From Setoptus koraiensis (lineage: Eukaryota > Animalia > Arthropoda), in assembly GCA_048013815.1 (NCBI GenBank), contig CM106586.1, positions 1,736,001 to 1,800,000 on the forward strand: a stretch of 64,000 nt of DNA. Reading direction: 5' to 3'. The notes under the pieces were generated by a model, which saw only the letters and a program-made list of their open reading frames with translations, had not been told where the DNA came from and ran no database searches. How positions within the stretch are numbered: the first letter of the stretch is position 1; the number at the start of each line of letters is the position of its first letter. This document shows, one piece after another, positions 1 through 15,000 of this stretch. The translations under genes and the position numbers were made by a program.

Positions 1-178
1 ATTTCATTTGTTGTGTACAACTCATACGGCCTAAGTGGTGCTGTTGCTCCAATGCGCCTTTTAGTGGCTGCCATTTTTAAACAACATTCACAAACAACGC
101 CAGACAAAACAAACTGAGCCAACTCGCCCGGTCAACAATAGAGGTAACCTGACCACTGTCCACTGACCAATGTCCGCT

Positions 179-232
179 GTGCGATGGCCGACGTGCGATG
201 TCCGACGTGCGATGGCCGATGTGCGATGGCCG
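179..232. repeat. 14-bp tandem repeat (gtgcgatggccgac, about 4 degenerate copies)
   Basis: Read directly: gtgcgatggccgac / gtgcgatgtccgac / gtgcgatggccgat / gtgcgatggccg, with no spacers. Confidence 0.85.
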
Positions 233-3200
233 GTAATTAAAACGCTCTTGCCGTCTCTTTGCGTGCCAATGATCCCATCGTGTGTGTGTGTATGAGAGGA
301 TAAATTTCATTTGTTGCGCGACTTTTGTTTAGAGGCGCCTGCTGCTGTGGCCACACCGACCAACTAATTGGCTCGGCCAGTTCGTTGGACGTGACGCGGC
401 TCTCCACTTGTTCGCACATCATGATTGCCGTCGCCATCTCGCCCCGTCAAGCCAGTGCGATCGCCCGGCGCGCGCACCATACGGTACCTGTTGGCGCTTG
501 TTTGGCTAGCGCTTGTTTGGTTGGGTTGGCCGCATGCTTGTGCGGCCGGCGTGCATTTCAGCCGACAACAACGTTCGACAACAACAGTCGACCACAACAG
601 CCGACTACAACGGCCGACAGGTTGAGGCGCAGCGTTCGATAATGCAAATGGCCGGTTGCATTGTTGGAAGCGCTAATTGTATCGATTGGTCCGGTGCAAA
701 TTGTGCAAGAGACGCTTGCAAACACCGGCCCATTGTGAGCGCAATCACTGGCAGCCAATGGTCGTCATACAGCGAGCAATATTGTGAAACGTTGTGATGT
801 AACAGGCTCCGATTGAGTTGGAAGTTGTTGTTGTGTCTTGTTCGCGTTGCTCGTTCCAGCCGATTGTGAGTGTGTGTGTGAATGCAGTAATTGAAATTGA
901 ACAGTAACCGTTGGAATTTTAATTGAACAGTGAACACGGGATTGGCATCACGGACTTGCTTACATAGAACTAATCTTTAATTGACTAATCTACAGTTGGG
1001 CTGGCAACACGTTGTTGTGGTCAGTTGTGGCCAGTGCTGGCCACTATTGATGTGTCCACCTATCAATCGCGGCCTGTCATTATCAACATCAACAAGCCTA
1101 ACAAAGTGACTGATTATCTATTATATCATAGATAGAGCAATGTTGATAAGCGCAAAGTTCAAATTCTCACCAGTTTCTGGAGTAGACCAATTGACTATTT
1201 GATTGAATGCGCATGTTATAGCGTGTAAACATTGAGTTTCGTTGGGGTCATGAGCTCATGACTGCACTGCACAACGCATGCGGCCAAGTAACATCACCGA
1301 CAAACACCAACTGGCCAATACTGGGCTGACCGCCATTTAGTTTCACAGATTGATAATTAACGAGCGCTTGTAACGAGACACCATTGGCCGCTGATTGGTT
1401 TCTGTGTGTTTCGTGTTGGAAGCCATGAATGAATATGAGAATGCAGCCAGCAGCCAGCAGCATCACTGACAAGAGAGATCAACGAAAAAAGTCATCGGCT
1501 CGCCAGCTGAGTTTTGACTCATTTTGCACTGTCACTGTTCACCGTTCGCGCAGACATTGTTGTCGATGCAACCTTATCGCTTGTTCGCCCGTTCGCCACT
1601 CTAATACCGGCCACTCATTTGCATTTGCAAGATAATTACAAAACAATGCTGAGCTGACAAATTCACACGCACACACACTCGTATGGGCAACAAATCGAGT
1701 TGAGAACTTGATTGGGTCGCCTAGCACTAATTGGAGTCGACAGGCAGCCTCGTTTGTGTGGACCGCGAACGTCGCCATGGGCCAACTACTGCCACTGCTG
1801 CTGCCGCTGTAACTGGATAGCTCGGCGCCGGTGCCACTAATCGTGTATCACCATTTATTGGCCGATGTAAAAAATGTGCCTAAACTGTCGAGTTAACTAT
1901 AGACTCTATAGAGCGCAGACTAAACCAACTTGCATTTGGCTTGACTGGCAAATTGAAATTTGCCATTGTGTGTCATTGTCTTCTCAGCGTTTTGACAACA
2001 AGTTTCAGGCTCAGCTTAGATGCAATTGCTTGCCAATAGACGAGACGAGAGCAGAAAAACACGCTTGTAAACGAGCACCAACTGTTAAATCCTAAATAGA
2101 CAACTCTAATAAATTTGTGTGTGTGCACTCTTAATTTAAGAGTGTATCTCAAGAGTAAAATTTAAAGTAATTTTACCAATCTCGGCAGGGACAGCTCCAA
2201 GTTATTATTAATGTGACACCGCCACTTCCACTTGACTTGACAAGCACAAACACAAGACAACAGAGTGTGTTGAACAGACCCCGTTGAACATACTCCGCTG
2301 AACAGACTGTGAGAGATTCAAATTAGCAGCTCCGGGCGCAGGCCGTTAGTCAGCACGACAAGCTGCCGCCATTCACCTGTTGCAAGCCGAAGATAATGCC
2401 ACCGTAGACCGCATACAAACTAACAAGTAGCGAGTGAGGTAATGAATATAGTCAATAGTTATGAGTGATTAGCGGCGGCAGCCATCGATAGATTGAGTTG
2501 CCAGATGGAGCAGCGGTAAGCAGTGGCCCAAGAATAATTGTTTGATTTGTATTTGTTGTTTGTTGTTTGTATTGTGTGTCTAGCTAACGGTACTAACAAC
2601 GAAACCGAATAATTGTGTTGGACTTTGCTGTAAAGAGTAAAGATACACTGTATTGAGTCGATGGCGATACAGTGTCTGGCTGTCGGACAGTTTTGCTGTT
2701 CGCAAGCCGTGGAGCTTGTGTTTGGTCGGCAAGGCATGTTTGTTGCATTGGTTGAATCTGTTGCATTTGGGCCTGATGGCTCAAGCAGGCCCAACTAACA
2801 CAATAACACAGGGTGCCAGCCAGGCAGCCAGCACCCTGAGTATGGCCACTTTTTACATACACACTCACTTGTTGCTCATTGCGCTGTTAGAGAGACAGCG
2901 AGAGAGCAACAAGTGCCGAAGCTGACGACGACGAAGACGACCACGATAAACGACGACGATAACGGCCAGCACACAACAAACACTCACACTCACAAACAAC
3001 GGATAACGGACGATAGAATGATACTAATCCAATTAGCAGGAGTTGCGCGAAGAAGGAGGTCACTCTCTCGCCAACTGTGCGTGTGTGTGTCTGTCATGAA
3101 GAGCCGGCCTGAATGGCATGACAGCTAGCCAGTTAGTGAGTTAGCGAGTTGGCCGCTGACTCGTTTAGCCGTTTAGCCGGTTAGCCAGTTAGCCGGCCAG

Positions 3201-4133
3201 TCAGCTAGCCAGCGCATGAGATGAAGAGGCCAGAGAAACAAAACTTATCTTGCCAGCAGCTGGCCAGCAGCGGCCGCATGTTGCTTGTATGACAAACCAA
3301 CATTGTTTGCCTATTGAGTCTTGTCGGACTTTTGCAATTGGCAATGGCAACATTTGGCATGTTTCATCATTGTTGTTGTTGTTGTTGCTGTCGTCGTTAT
3401 TATTTCCTACTGCACACCACTACTGTTAGTCTATTGACAGCGACAGCACAGTGTACCTGTGCAGCCGGTGCCTGTGTCTGGCCGTCTCTGGCTCTGTCCA
3501 CCGGCTCACACCACAACTATGCAGCCAGCCAATAACACAACAGGCTGCCAGCTCAAGGTAACGAATCAATATAATACGACATGTACGCAATATATACGAC
3601 GACACATGTACGAGAAGGGCTTTGTTTGCACCACATAATGCGTGTGTGTGTTTATATTCAAGCCGGCAGTGTAAGAATTGTCCTGCAAACTGTTCAATTT
3701 GCTCCGACAATCCGACATTCGCATAGATTGTGCTCGTCCGCTGATACCGGCCATGCACGGCCAACTATCAGCTGATTAGGTATTACCGGTGTGAAATGAA
3801 AACTCACACCTCACTACCCACTGCTTGCTATATATATATGTACGTATACAAGTGTCTGCGAGTGAGCGACTTTTCACATCACCAATGGGCTTTGTCCATT
3901 GTCAATGCGAATCGTTCAGCAACGAATAGTTGGACAGTGAATTGTTCAACAGTGAATTATTAAGCAGCGAATGCGTGTGTGTGTGCCACCCAGCAGCCAT
4001 GCGAATGCAAAAGTTTTGCATTCGGTCGAGATGCGAGCACCGGATCGCATTGAGCCACGACATGCGCATTAATTGGCAATGTCCGATCGCATGCTGTCGT
4101 TCTAGCTCCCAATGGCGAGCTGCAAGCCACAAA

Positions 4134-4220
4134 CAGCGAATTTTGAATTTCGAATTTCGAACTGAGAATGGCGAATAGCGACTGGTGAATAGCGAACAGC
4201 GAATGGCGAACTGCGAACTG
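4134..4220. repeat. Degenerate 7-bp periodic repeat (gaatggc/gaatagc/gaacagc/gaactgc; gaatttc)
   Basis: Visible 7-nt periodicity: gaattttgaatttcgaatttcgaac...gaatggcgaatagcgactggtgaatagcgaacagcgaatggcgaactgcgaactggc. Confidence 0.65.
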
Positions 4221-6479
4221 GCAGCAATGCGATACGGACCGAGTGCGTTGCGTGGTGGCTGCGACGACGCAATGAGGACAACAGCCACACTTGCGCTTAG
4301 TATGGCACAAGTTCACTATCATTCTATTATCGTTGCATTATGGTTGCATGGTCGCTATAGCTTCGCAAGTTGGGCTGCATGGTCGCTGGAAAGGCGCACG
4401 AATGGCCGCTTGGTCAGTGTGTGTGTGCATTGTGTGGCGTTGCGAGGCAGCTGCATGCAGCCTGTGGCATGCAGCAGGGCCATTAGTTGGCAAAAGCTGA
4501 AAAAGCGGCCAGTTGGGACTGCAAACTTTGCAGTAAGTGAATAGAATGGCGCGCCATAATGCATCGCTTGCCACTCTTCTCTGGCCGGCTGCTGGCTGGT
4601 CGCTGGCTGGCTAGTCGCTGGCTGCTGGCCGCTGAGACGACGATGATCAGCATCAAATAATAAATAATAAATAGTAAATCCTCTCCTCACTGCAACTTGT
4701 GTGTGTTTGTGCAACTAAGTCGGCCACCGACTCAACCGGCACTCGCTATTATGTAACTGGCGCGATGTTTGCCGTGCGGCGACCGTTCGATTCGATTGGA
4801 CACATCGATGAGTGCGATTGGATGTGCCGAGCGAGCGGCAGATGTGACCACAAGCATCCAACGAAAGCATCTCTGGCGCAGCTCACGGCGCACGCTTGAG
4901 TCCCCAGTCGCGTAAATTCAGTGTGCAATTGCGGTTGCAGTCGGAATGTTCGACGTTTTACTCATATGCGCTCCCACAACACACACACACACAACATACT
5001 GAGGCACAGTGTGTATGGTCAGGGGCAATAGTGGGCCAGTTAGGCGCACAGCCAGCAGTTGGCGACTCAAGAGCCGCTTTTTATTTATTGTGGCTATTAT
5101 TAGAAACGCCGCAACACATGCAGCGGCAGCAGCAGCTCGATTTGTGTTGCTTGTGCTCGCTTGGTTCAACCAAGTTGTGTGTGTGTGTGTGTGTGAGTGG
5201 CCGAGACTCAAACAGACAGCGCAACGTTACTCCGGTGAGTAGAGCAGAGTCTGGTGCCGAGATCGTGCTCATTCTGCTCGCCATTCCATCGGTATGCCAG
5301 TTGTGCGCTCGCGTGTGCTCAATACTGTAGCACAAGCCAGCAGCATGTGTAGCTAGAGCAACTGGTGAGCCACTCTTGAGTCGGCCAGACTCAATTCGGC
5401 TGGCGAGCGTGTAAGCTTGTGAGCGAGCATGTCTCGTTCGTTGCTAACGGATTCATCAGCGTCGACAGCTGTGTCAGTGCGAGCGAGCCTGAGTGTGTGT
5501 GTGTGTGTGTGTGTGAAGACGGCCAAGCCAGTGGGCTCAAGCTCAGGCAACAGCAAGCTACGGGCAGCAGCAAGCGGACACTCACATTTAGTTCGATAGT
5601 TTTCTCCTTTCTTGTTCGCTCGGCTGGACTTTATTTTCATGTGTGTGCTTGTATTGTACGGTTGTGTGTGTGTGTGTGTGTGTGACTTGACACACTCAAT
5701 AATAGAGTTGCTCGTCAAGTAGCTCAAAAAGTTCGCTCAAATCGAACAACAGCAGCGGTGGCAGCAGTGTGTCCAACTGTCCATTCCATCAATAGTTGGA
5801 TGCAACGACTACCAGCGACTACTTGTGACACAGCACGCCGACTAACGAACTTATCAAGAAAGTTCGCTAGTGCGCCAGGTCAAGCAAAATTGTGTTGGTT
5901 GGAGTGGCAAGCAGCACACAAAGCAGCCAGTATAATTATTAATCATAATCGATCTGTGTTGATTACAATCAGCCCGTAGCGACTCCTTTCTCCGCCATCC
6001 AATGCGATACAATTCGATCGAGACAAGCATTGCATGGTGCGCCTTAGTTAATTAACGGCGACACACTCACACAATTATCACCGCAAATTCACCACTCGCA
6101 AGCTTGTCAGCAACAACTAAGGAGCCATATTATAGCCACTCTAAACCATTAGCCATTGATACAACACTAGTGATTATTAGCTGACGATTAATTAATAAGT
6201 AGCAACAATATTAATGATATTTTACATTCATTTATCTTGTAATATTGGCATTTGTAATATTTGCACCACAATATTGGAACCATTTGCACTACAATTCTTA
6301 ATATTATTAACCAACTGCACATGATATAATATACGTATGGTATAATAACACAACTAACAGCGGAATCGGTCACTATTTACAACGACTTCTCGCAACCACA
6401 AAAACCAAAAACATTCACCTTAGTCACCATTAAACTAACCGGACCAATCAACGCAAACAACCAACAACAATATGATGCA

Positions 6480-9400
6480 ATGAAACACAATTACAATCAA
6501 CAGCAGACAACAACCATTGACATAGTGACAACAACCAATGCAACAACAAATCACCGCGACCAATCGCCACTACGTGTTAACAAGTCATCAATAGTAACAA
6601 CAAACTCAAATTTCAACAATATTCTACTCACATCAGCAACTAATGGTGACCGTGACTCAAACAACGACAGCAACAACAATGAATGTCAAATTATTCCGCT
6701 GAATTCCATTGAATCGTCGCCACGAACAACTCCACTTGATTGCACACCGGCATCATTATCAGACCAGCACAGGTCAGCCAATCAAGAGGATCCCATTATA
6801 GACAAAATAGACACAGGCGATGCAACTGATGCAACTGATGCAACTGATGCAACTGGTGCAACTGATGCAACACACAGTCAATATATATTAGCACCAACAA
6901 GCAACAATAGTAACATTAGTGTCAACATCAACATCACAATAGCCAACCATAATAGTAATAGTAGTAAGACAACCACCACTAATGAATTTGATACTTCGGA
7001 CAACAGCACCACATCAATTAATCGTCTCTGCTCGCAGTCATCACTATCAACTAAAACATCATCAACTAAAATTGCATCACGCCAAGAAAAAGAAGAAAAA
7101 GCAACAACAGGTGGAAAGAGAATTCTAGAAGCTATAGTAGCTACAACAGCATTAGCAACTAGAGAACAATTCAACATAGTGCAAAACAATTCGGGCAAGC
7201 AAGAACTAGCTCGTGTTACATCTATGTTGTCATCGCAGACGTTAGCAGCGTCGTCAAATTCATTGCCACTATCGTCATCAACTAACGACAACAAAGATAA
7301 TGATAATATGGCGCACACAACAACAAAACAACAACAACAACAAAATACCGATGTCAATAATAGTCACATAATGAAACAGCCAGAGAAAGAACACGATCCA
7401 CGTTCACCGACAATGACCGGTAATCAAATGATACAAACCACGAAGGTCATCGATTTCAGCATTTCAACGTTGGATCAGCAGAAAATATCAAGAGCTCAAA
7501 CAGACATCAAAACAACAACAGCAACAACTACAAAAAATACCATATTGAACAACAACATGTCTGCATCGAATCAACAAACAGATAAAAAATCGAATGTTGA
7601 ATCGGCGACACAGACCATCTTGAAAAATAACAATTCCGATGTTGCAACTGCCACCTCCAGACCAGCGGCAACAGATATCAATAGTGAAAACCAACAAGGC
7701 AATCATGATACCAATAACAATACAAACACCAATACTAATACCAACACCAACTGTGATAATAACTGTAGAGACGGCCAACCTAAGAGATTACAGCTAATGA
7801 GTCAAAACAATAATAGTAATAATAATAACAATTATAATAATAATAACAATAACAATAGCAGTAGCAGTAGTAATAATACTATAACTAATAACAACGGAAA
7901 ATGTATGATCAGCAATAGCAACAATAATAGTGGCGGTTGTATAGGCAAGCAAATGACAAATTCTATATCAAATTTAGTTATCAACAACAACAGCAAATCT
8001 ACTACGCAACCTGTTATTTCCCATAAACAAAATAATAATAATAGTAGCAACAACAGTGCACTTGGAGAAATTACGCCAAGACTTATGATAAATCGTCATT
8101 CTGGTTTGAACCACAATCAACAACAGAATTCACCTGTTCATCTTGTAAGATATAGAGCACACAAAAAGAGACGATGTCGTAGTAGTAATGGTAGTAGCAC
8201 AGGCGAAGAAATGAGCGATTGTGATTTAGATGGGCCAGATCAACTTGATTTAAGCAGCAGTAATGATAGCAGTAGTATAAGCGATGACAATGAATTTAAA
8301 TATGGACCAGGAATCGTCGATAGATTGAAGAATAAATTCTTATCCATGCAACAACTACACAATAGTCAACGGCCAACTAATTTTCCGACCAATGGATCCC
8401 ACATACATACCAATGGCTGTAATACAACCATCAATCAACAGCTTGGACAACATACCCAACAAAGACAAAATCAACGTTGGTTCAGTAGTAGTGTAGACAG
8501 CCTTATAGCTGCTGCAACAGCCGCAATCAGTGGAGTACCAACTCATTCTAATCTCAGATTAGCCTCCACTAAGTCTGTCTTGAGCCCAAGTGCCAACTCG
8601 GTTCGATCAACCCCAACAGGTACACCGTCATTAGCAATGGCCACAAAAGGTGGTAAGCTGGCCGCTGGTATTGGCGCAAATGGTATCGCAAAATCAAATG
8701 ACGTAATTGTTTTATCTAGCTCACATAATAACAACATCAACAATGATTGCTCATCAATTGCCACCCATCAGAAACAGCAAATAATATCCGCTTCTAAACC
8801 AGAAAATGCTCCATGTACTACAACCACCAACGCCAAATTAATTCAACCCGCAAAGCGTCAGCCAATTTTCAAAAAGCAGCAACACGAATCATCTGCATCG
8901 ACATCGTCAAAATCTCCATATTCTATGACAAGTGTAGGTTCCTCAACTGCTCAAGGTTTACTTCTGAGACGCCAACAACACCAGCAAGTTCATCTGAATG
9001 GTAACGCACCAACGTCTGTTGCTCAATCGTCATGTCAAGTTCCTGATTTCAAAAGTGAGCAGTTATCATTAAAAGAAACAACAAATTCTAAAGACGACAG
9101 ACAGATCGTATCTAAGAAAAATGTTACCAATTCCATTGTGCTTGCTACCGATGATCATCAACAACAAAAGCTTGTTGCAGATTTTGTTGTAGTTGATGAT
9201 AACAATACGAACTCTAGTAATTTCAGCGATTGCGGAGGTAGCCTAGCAGAAGAAAATTGCCCATCTTCGTCGACCGAATTGTACCAAGATTCCGATAAGC
9301 AACAACTTGCTAGTGACGCAATAGTGCAAACGTCACAGTGCAGTGAATCTTCAGCACCCACTACATGTAAGCGAAACGACACGGCGGCTGATCTAGTTGT

Positions 9401-11832
9401 CCCATCGGCAAGATCTACAATACATAACGCAGTTAAGAGTACATCAGACGAATTGCAAAATAATGTCTTGTTACATAAGAGTATTGGCCAACAACAGCAA
9501 CAACAATTTCATAACTCCATCGTCAAACACCCAGAGCTACAAATAACAGCCAGATGTTCCAATAAGCCATTACATAACTATACTCGTTTTGTGTCTGCAA
9601 CAAGTGGTAGTACCGTAACAAAAACCATTGACAGAATGGCCATTATAGATGATCCATCTCACCTAAGTAAACAACAAAAGAAAAGAGAGAATCCACCAGT
9701 TCTTAAAGCCATGAGTAATGCTGTTGCTGAGATTACAGCAGCGACAACTTATACAACAACAACAAAACAAATTATTAATACAAATCCAAGCATTGATTTC
9801 AACGAGTTGCCCAAACCCGACATAGTTAAAACTTGTAAGAGGATCTTCGAACCTGAACAAAATGCCCAAACTCATAGGAGGTCAGCTAGAGCTGATATAA
9901 CCAATTCAATTGATCAACATTATCACCAGAGAAAGGTGCCAATATCTTCGCAATATCTGACCAACAATAAAAGGTTGTGTAATGATAGAATATTAGAGCC
10001 GGTTCCAAGGTCTATTGTCACAAATGGAACCACTACATCTACTGCACACAATTTGACAGGTGACAGTGGTGCCGACAGCAACAATAGGATACCGTCCTGT
10101 CACGCTCAGACAGCTCAAACTAATCTAGAGCCAGAACATAACAGTGAGAAGAGTGATATTACCACAACTAGTATCAAGACAGCAGAAAAGATTGAAAAAG
10201 GATCGAATACAAATAAAATGTTGGAGGATAAAGGTAAGCGAAATAGAGAGATAAGATAGATGCAAATGATTTTTTAATAACTGCCTCTTCCGTTCACACC
10301 GTTATTGAATCTGCAAGATGAACTCGTTATGTACGGTTCTTCTTTGACAATCGCGAGTAACCCTTGCCTGAATTTACTAGTATCTTGATTTGTTTTCTTT
10401 ATAAATCCGGTAAAGAAAAAAGATTCACAGCATGACTATACAATGAATTGTTGCTGCTGACAAGAGTATGTTGCAATATTCCACGATTTGCATCGAATAG
10501 TCAGTCAACTAGAGGAGAGAACGTTAGTTTGTTGTTATCTATTCGTGTTAGGTAAACAGCTTCTGATGGATGTTGTTTTGAACTGACGAAAGAGTTCATC
10601 GACATTACAAATGAATTATTACCAATGGTCGAGCTCTGTTGTCAGCGACGTCATCTTTTTGTTGATGATCATCTACCTAACTAAAATAGCTACTATAAGT
10701 TAGCGTCAATTGTTGTTGTGAATTAATGTGTATGCGTGATCTACCTGATTTGACAAAATAAAATGGTGTGTATACACATTATTCAATACACGGTTATTTG
10801 TAAAGGGTTGTACAGGCAACAGGCGAATTTGTGTGTATAGTAGATGAACTGTTCGCAGAGTAACACTCTTGTTTTTTCTTTAAGATGAAACAAAAAATCA
10901 ATTAGATAAATGCCCGAGAGTATGTTAGTGAAGTATGTGACTCATATGAACTCTCAGTTGAACCCGATGTCTAACACAAAATGAATTGAATCATCTTCAT
11001 CTGTTCTAGCGTATACTATAAAGCATCCATGTTGTTACATAATAACAATATAAAATCGTTCTAGAATGGCAGCCGCTAATATGATAGGTCACATGTGAGA
11101 CCTTCATTCAATATAAACCTACGAGACAATCAGGTTGTCACAGAGGTTAGATGAGAGTTATATTATATTGTTCAGATAGCTCTAACGCAATCACAAGCCA
11201 TATGATTAGCGCCATATGATGAATTTCTCTAACCATATTTGACAGTAGTTTTCAAAAGATTATCCTCTCGATAACAATATACCACCACTGTACTGACTAT
11301 CTAACTCTAACAAGTGATTTTTTTGCGGTAGCATTGAGTACTGTTCTGCTTTAATACAGTCGGTACGATTACAACTATAGAAATTAACCATCACCATAAG
11401 TAGCGGCTACAACAATGTTCTTATCACAGACTACCATATAACATGTACAAAGATCCGGTATATTCTGATTCGATTGTAGTGATATAACTAATTAGTGGTA
11501 TTGTGTTTGAAGGTGGAGTCATACCACTGCAGTTGATCTTCGTGCTGATTTGTGAGCATCATATTACATTTGCAGAAGAAACAAATTAACAAACAAAATC
11601 ATCTATATAAGGAAAATTCTTTTGACGTTATTGAGCCTGTACTACGCAACGAGTCATATAGTGATTGTTCATCTTTTTGTTGTCATGTTTAATTAGTACA
11701 GAACAGCCTTACTAACAAACTTGTCGCTTGATCCATCAAAAAACAAGAATAAAAAACAATTACCAAGAAAGAGCTCTGGGTTACGTATCATGTCAAAATA
11801 ATAACTAATACTTCTCTAATAGACAAAGGATA

Positions 11833-11909
<77 letters not shown>

Positions 11910-12037
11910 TGATGGTTGAAGATATGCATGCAGGTTGAATTACCTAGCCAAGATGAAAGAGATAAAGAGAAGGGGATAATTTAGTGGTGACTAAAAGTTT
12001 CATCGTGATACTAGCTATCTAATATCATGATACAGAG

Positions 12038-12068
<31 letters not shown>

Positions 12069-15000
12069 GAAAGGGGGGAGAGAGGGAAAGAGAGAGCAGT
12101 GTCGTATGTCAATGACATGAACAAGAGAGCATGGAAGAATGGGAAGTTATAAATGAATAAAAAAAGAAAGAAGTTTAATCGATATACTTCGATAAGCAAT
12201 CTAAGTGTATCCATGACAAAGAGTTGCATTCAGTATAGGCAAAAACAATAATATAATGATAAACATTACTATTGGTGGCTTCGCATCGAGTACAATGAGA
12301 CGAAACACGCACCAAATAGAATAGTAGTAAAATTAAATCGATCATCCAGACGTGTACAGACAGTTTCAATTTGCCGGAATCTCTCAAAAGACTCAGTGGA
12401 CTACATGATACTCTCTCTAACCACAGTCTATCAATTCATTTCTTGCTCTCATATATTTATATATATATATATATACATACATACATACATACATACACAC
12501 ATCCAAATCGTCGTCCTCGCCAACACGGGAAATTAATTTTATCATTTATTAATATTTATTTATTTATCAAAAATACAAATGGTTAAAATAAATTTGAATT
12601 GCTTTAAAAAACAAATTTTAATTGGACTAAAATATACACCTACAGTAGATACAGAGGAGAAAACAAACTCATCAAACTCTACAAATATGATCATGAAAAT
12701 TCCTTCGATTACAACAAGTGATCACTCGACATTATCAACGACTCTAACTTCCGTCCAGCAGCCTATGTCGAGCATCAATGAGTTTATTGTTCACCATCAG
12801 GAGCACAATGCCTCTTCATTGATATCATCCTCTTCAAGTGACACTATTAACTCACATTCCTTAGCATATCAATTAAACTCAGATGCAACAATAACAACTA
12901 ATGGCAACAATAATCAGCACAAACAATTAAAACCAGAAAACAAAGTAGAAGAACCAAAAAATGTAATACCACGAAATAAGACACCAGCAACAGCTACGGT
13001 AACGGAAACGACAAGACCGCCCCAAGAGACAACTCTATCCAGTACGTTTCAAAAGACCGCCAACAATAGTCAAACAGGCCAGTTGCGTGCGATAGTAGGC
13101 AAAAGTTCTCTTTGGTCAGCTCAAACAACTTATTCACCACACACAAAAAGCCAAACAATTTTAGATCAAAACTTATCGTCAACCACAAAATCATTGTCAT
13201 CGCATTTGAATAATACAGCTAACAACTACAGCTGCAACGGTAGCAACAACAATAATATCATGGATAACAAAACTAATTCTTTCAGAACTCAAGTTAGTGG
13301 CGTCACAACAACCAGAACCTCGTCAGGAGGAGCCACTACCACAACTATTGTATTTGACTTCAGAGGGAAAAACGTAAAGCCAAATGTTGCAGTGCAACCG
13401 CGTATGTTTGGCCTTCTAAGTCCGGCTTCAAGTGACCGTTGTACAAACGGTGGCCACGATGATGGTTATGATAACAACAATGGCTACGATTCTTGCCATC
13501 ATGACGACGGATCCATCGATTTTCCCATCGACGATTCTAGGCATAATGTTACTTTCGAGGGTGATAATGTTATTGTTGGCAATGGTTCACTGTTAATCAA
13601 ACGCAACAAACAGGTAAATATCTTTATTGGTGAATCCCACAACTTTATCATTTGTGTAATTAGCCATTTAATTGCACAAACTCAACTGTTGTCAACAATT
13701 TTCTCATAGTTTCTATTTGAAATTCACTTTGTCTGCCCATATCTTCATGCACACAGCTCAAGATTCAATTCGATGATAAGTCCACAATTACTTTTGAATA
13801 CCCATCCGAGGCGTCTATGTCAGCGGAGCTGTCGTCGCCAACATCAGTCAATTCCGGTCAGTAAAAGTACATTCACTTTACATAAGCTCTTTTGTGATCT
13901 ATATAAATATTTTACTCGCTTTCGAAATCTTTAACTGTGAATGTGTCTTATTTTCGGCATTTTCAAAAGAGAAGAATCACGATCATGTAACCCCATTAGG
14001 TCTCTATACTTATTGAATTCATTTGACAATAACCTGTTATGTGGCTTGAGTCTTGATTCCTCAATGGCTAAGAAAGTTACGCCAACCTCACTCGTATAAC
14101 TGCTCACTATCAATTGCCCAGTAGAAACTAGTCCAACGTTCATGCTGATGGCGGACTAGTTACTGCAGGGGACGGTGAAAAGAAGATGCGCCGAAAAACT
14201 CTAGCCCATCACAGAAAACGACTGGGAAATAATAGCTCTCGGACACGATTTACACTCACAGAAACAACAAGTGTCGAGCAATCGGGCATGCAACGGATTC
14301 AAGACGATTTCTCATCTTATTTTGCATGTACATGATCTAGTCTCATCATTATTATATACACTGTTGTGACTACATAACATTTAGATCTCAGCAGTTTGCT
14401 TTGGATGGCTAGTTTTAAGCGGTCAATACTAGCGAGAGAGATCTACCTACTGCCCTCTGTTTAGACTTTTGATCTGCCTAGACTGTATCATCATATTCAT
14501 CATAAATAGTTGCTTTATTATTATTATTATTATTACCACTACTACTACCATCGTTATCATCTTTCTTGTTTTGCTTGAGACCTTTGAAAATGATGATCCT
14601 TCTGCTAGCAAGATGAGTGAGATGGGTAACATTTATGGCGAACTTGATTTGCATAATCATAATGGAAACTCAAGATTGTTAGCCGGTATCATCGTCTCTT
14701 ATGCCTGACGATATGAAATGATTGTCGTGATTGCATTAATAATGATCTCGTTGTTATGTATAGTTACATATAAAGTATGTTGTTGCTTGGGTTGCACATC
14801 ATCAGCGATGATTGATATCAAACCGACATGTTGCTCAATACTGAAGTATTCCAACTACCATATTATCATCAGTGACAAGACATAGCCAGTAAATTAGGCA
14901 GATGTTGCTGAGTCATAATAGTTGTATTGAAAATATATGCGCGCTTGCGAATCCCCCAGTGTGAACGTTGTTACATAAGTTATGTGAGTCGTTCCTTTAA

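Larger units (their letters stand above)
1..6300. other. Noncoding microsatellite-rich tract (upstream region or 5' introns of the bifocal-like gene)
   Basis: Many (TG)n/(CA)n runs and stuttered short repeats. ORF-track products here are HTHTH/CVCVC translations with no recognisable domain. Confidence 0.6.

Noticed and set aside
77-5979. Dozens of 60-144 aa ORFs in the ORF track
   Set aside because: They are translations of TG/CA/CTG microsatellites (HTHTH, CVCVC, CCCCC), many start at TTG/CTG/GTG, and none has a domain or a consistent splice chain.
6878-9875. Antisense Leu/Val-rich ORFs
   Set aside because: They are reverse-strand shadows of the AAC/CAA-rich bifocal-like exon.
12579-13709. 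Stand-alone 376-aa gene starting at ATG 12579
   Set aside because: The first 22 codons look intronic (A/T-rich, branch-like ctaa, acceptor at 12645 in phase with the 10234 donor), and the tail after 13613 is intron read-through.
14130-14340. Stop-free + strand stretch (SNVHADGGLVTAGDGEKKMRRK...)
   Set aside because: No phase-compatible splice to the preceding exon and no recognisable similarity.
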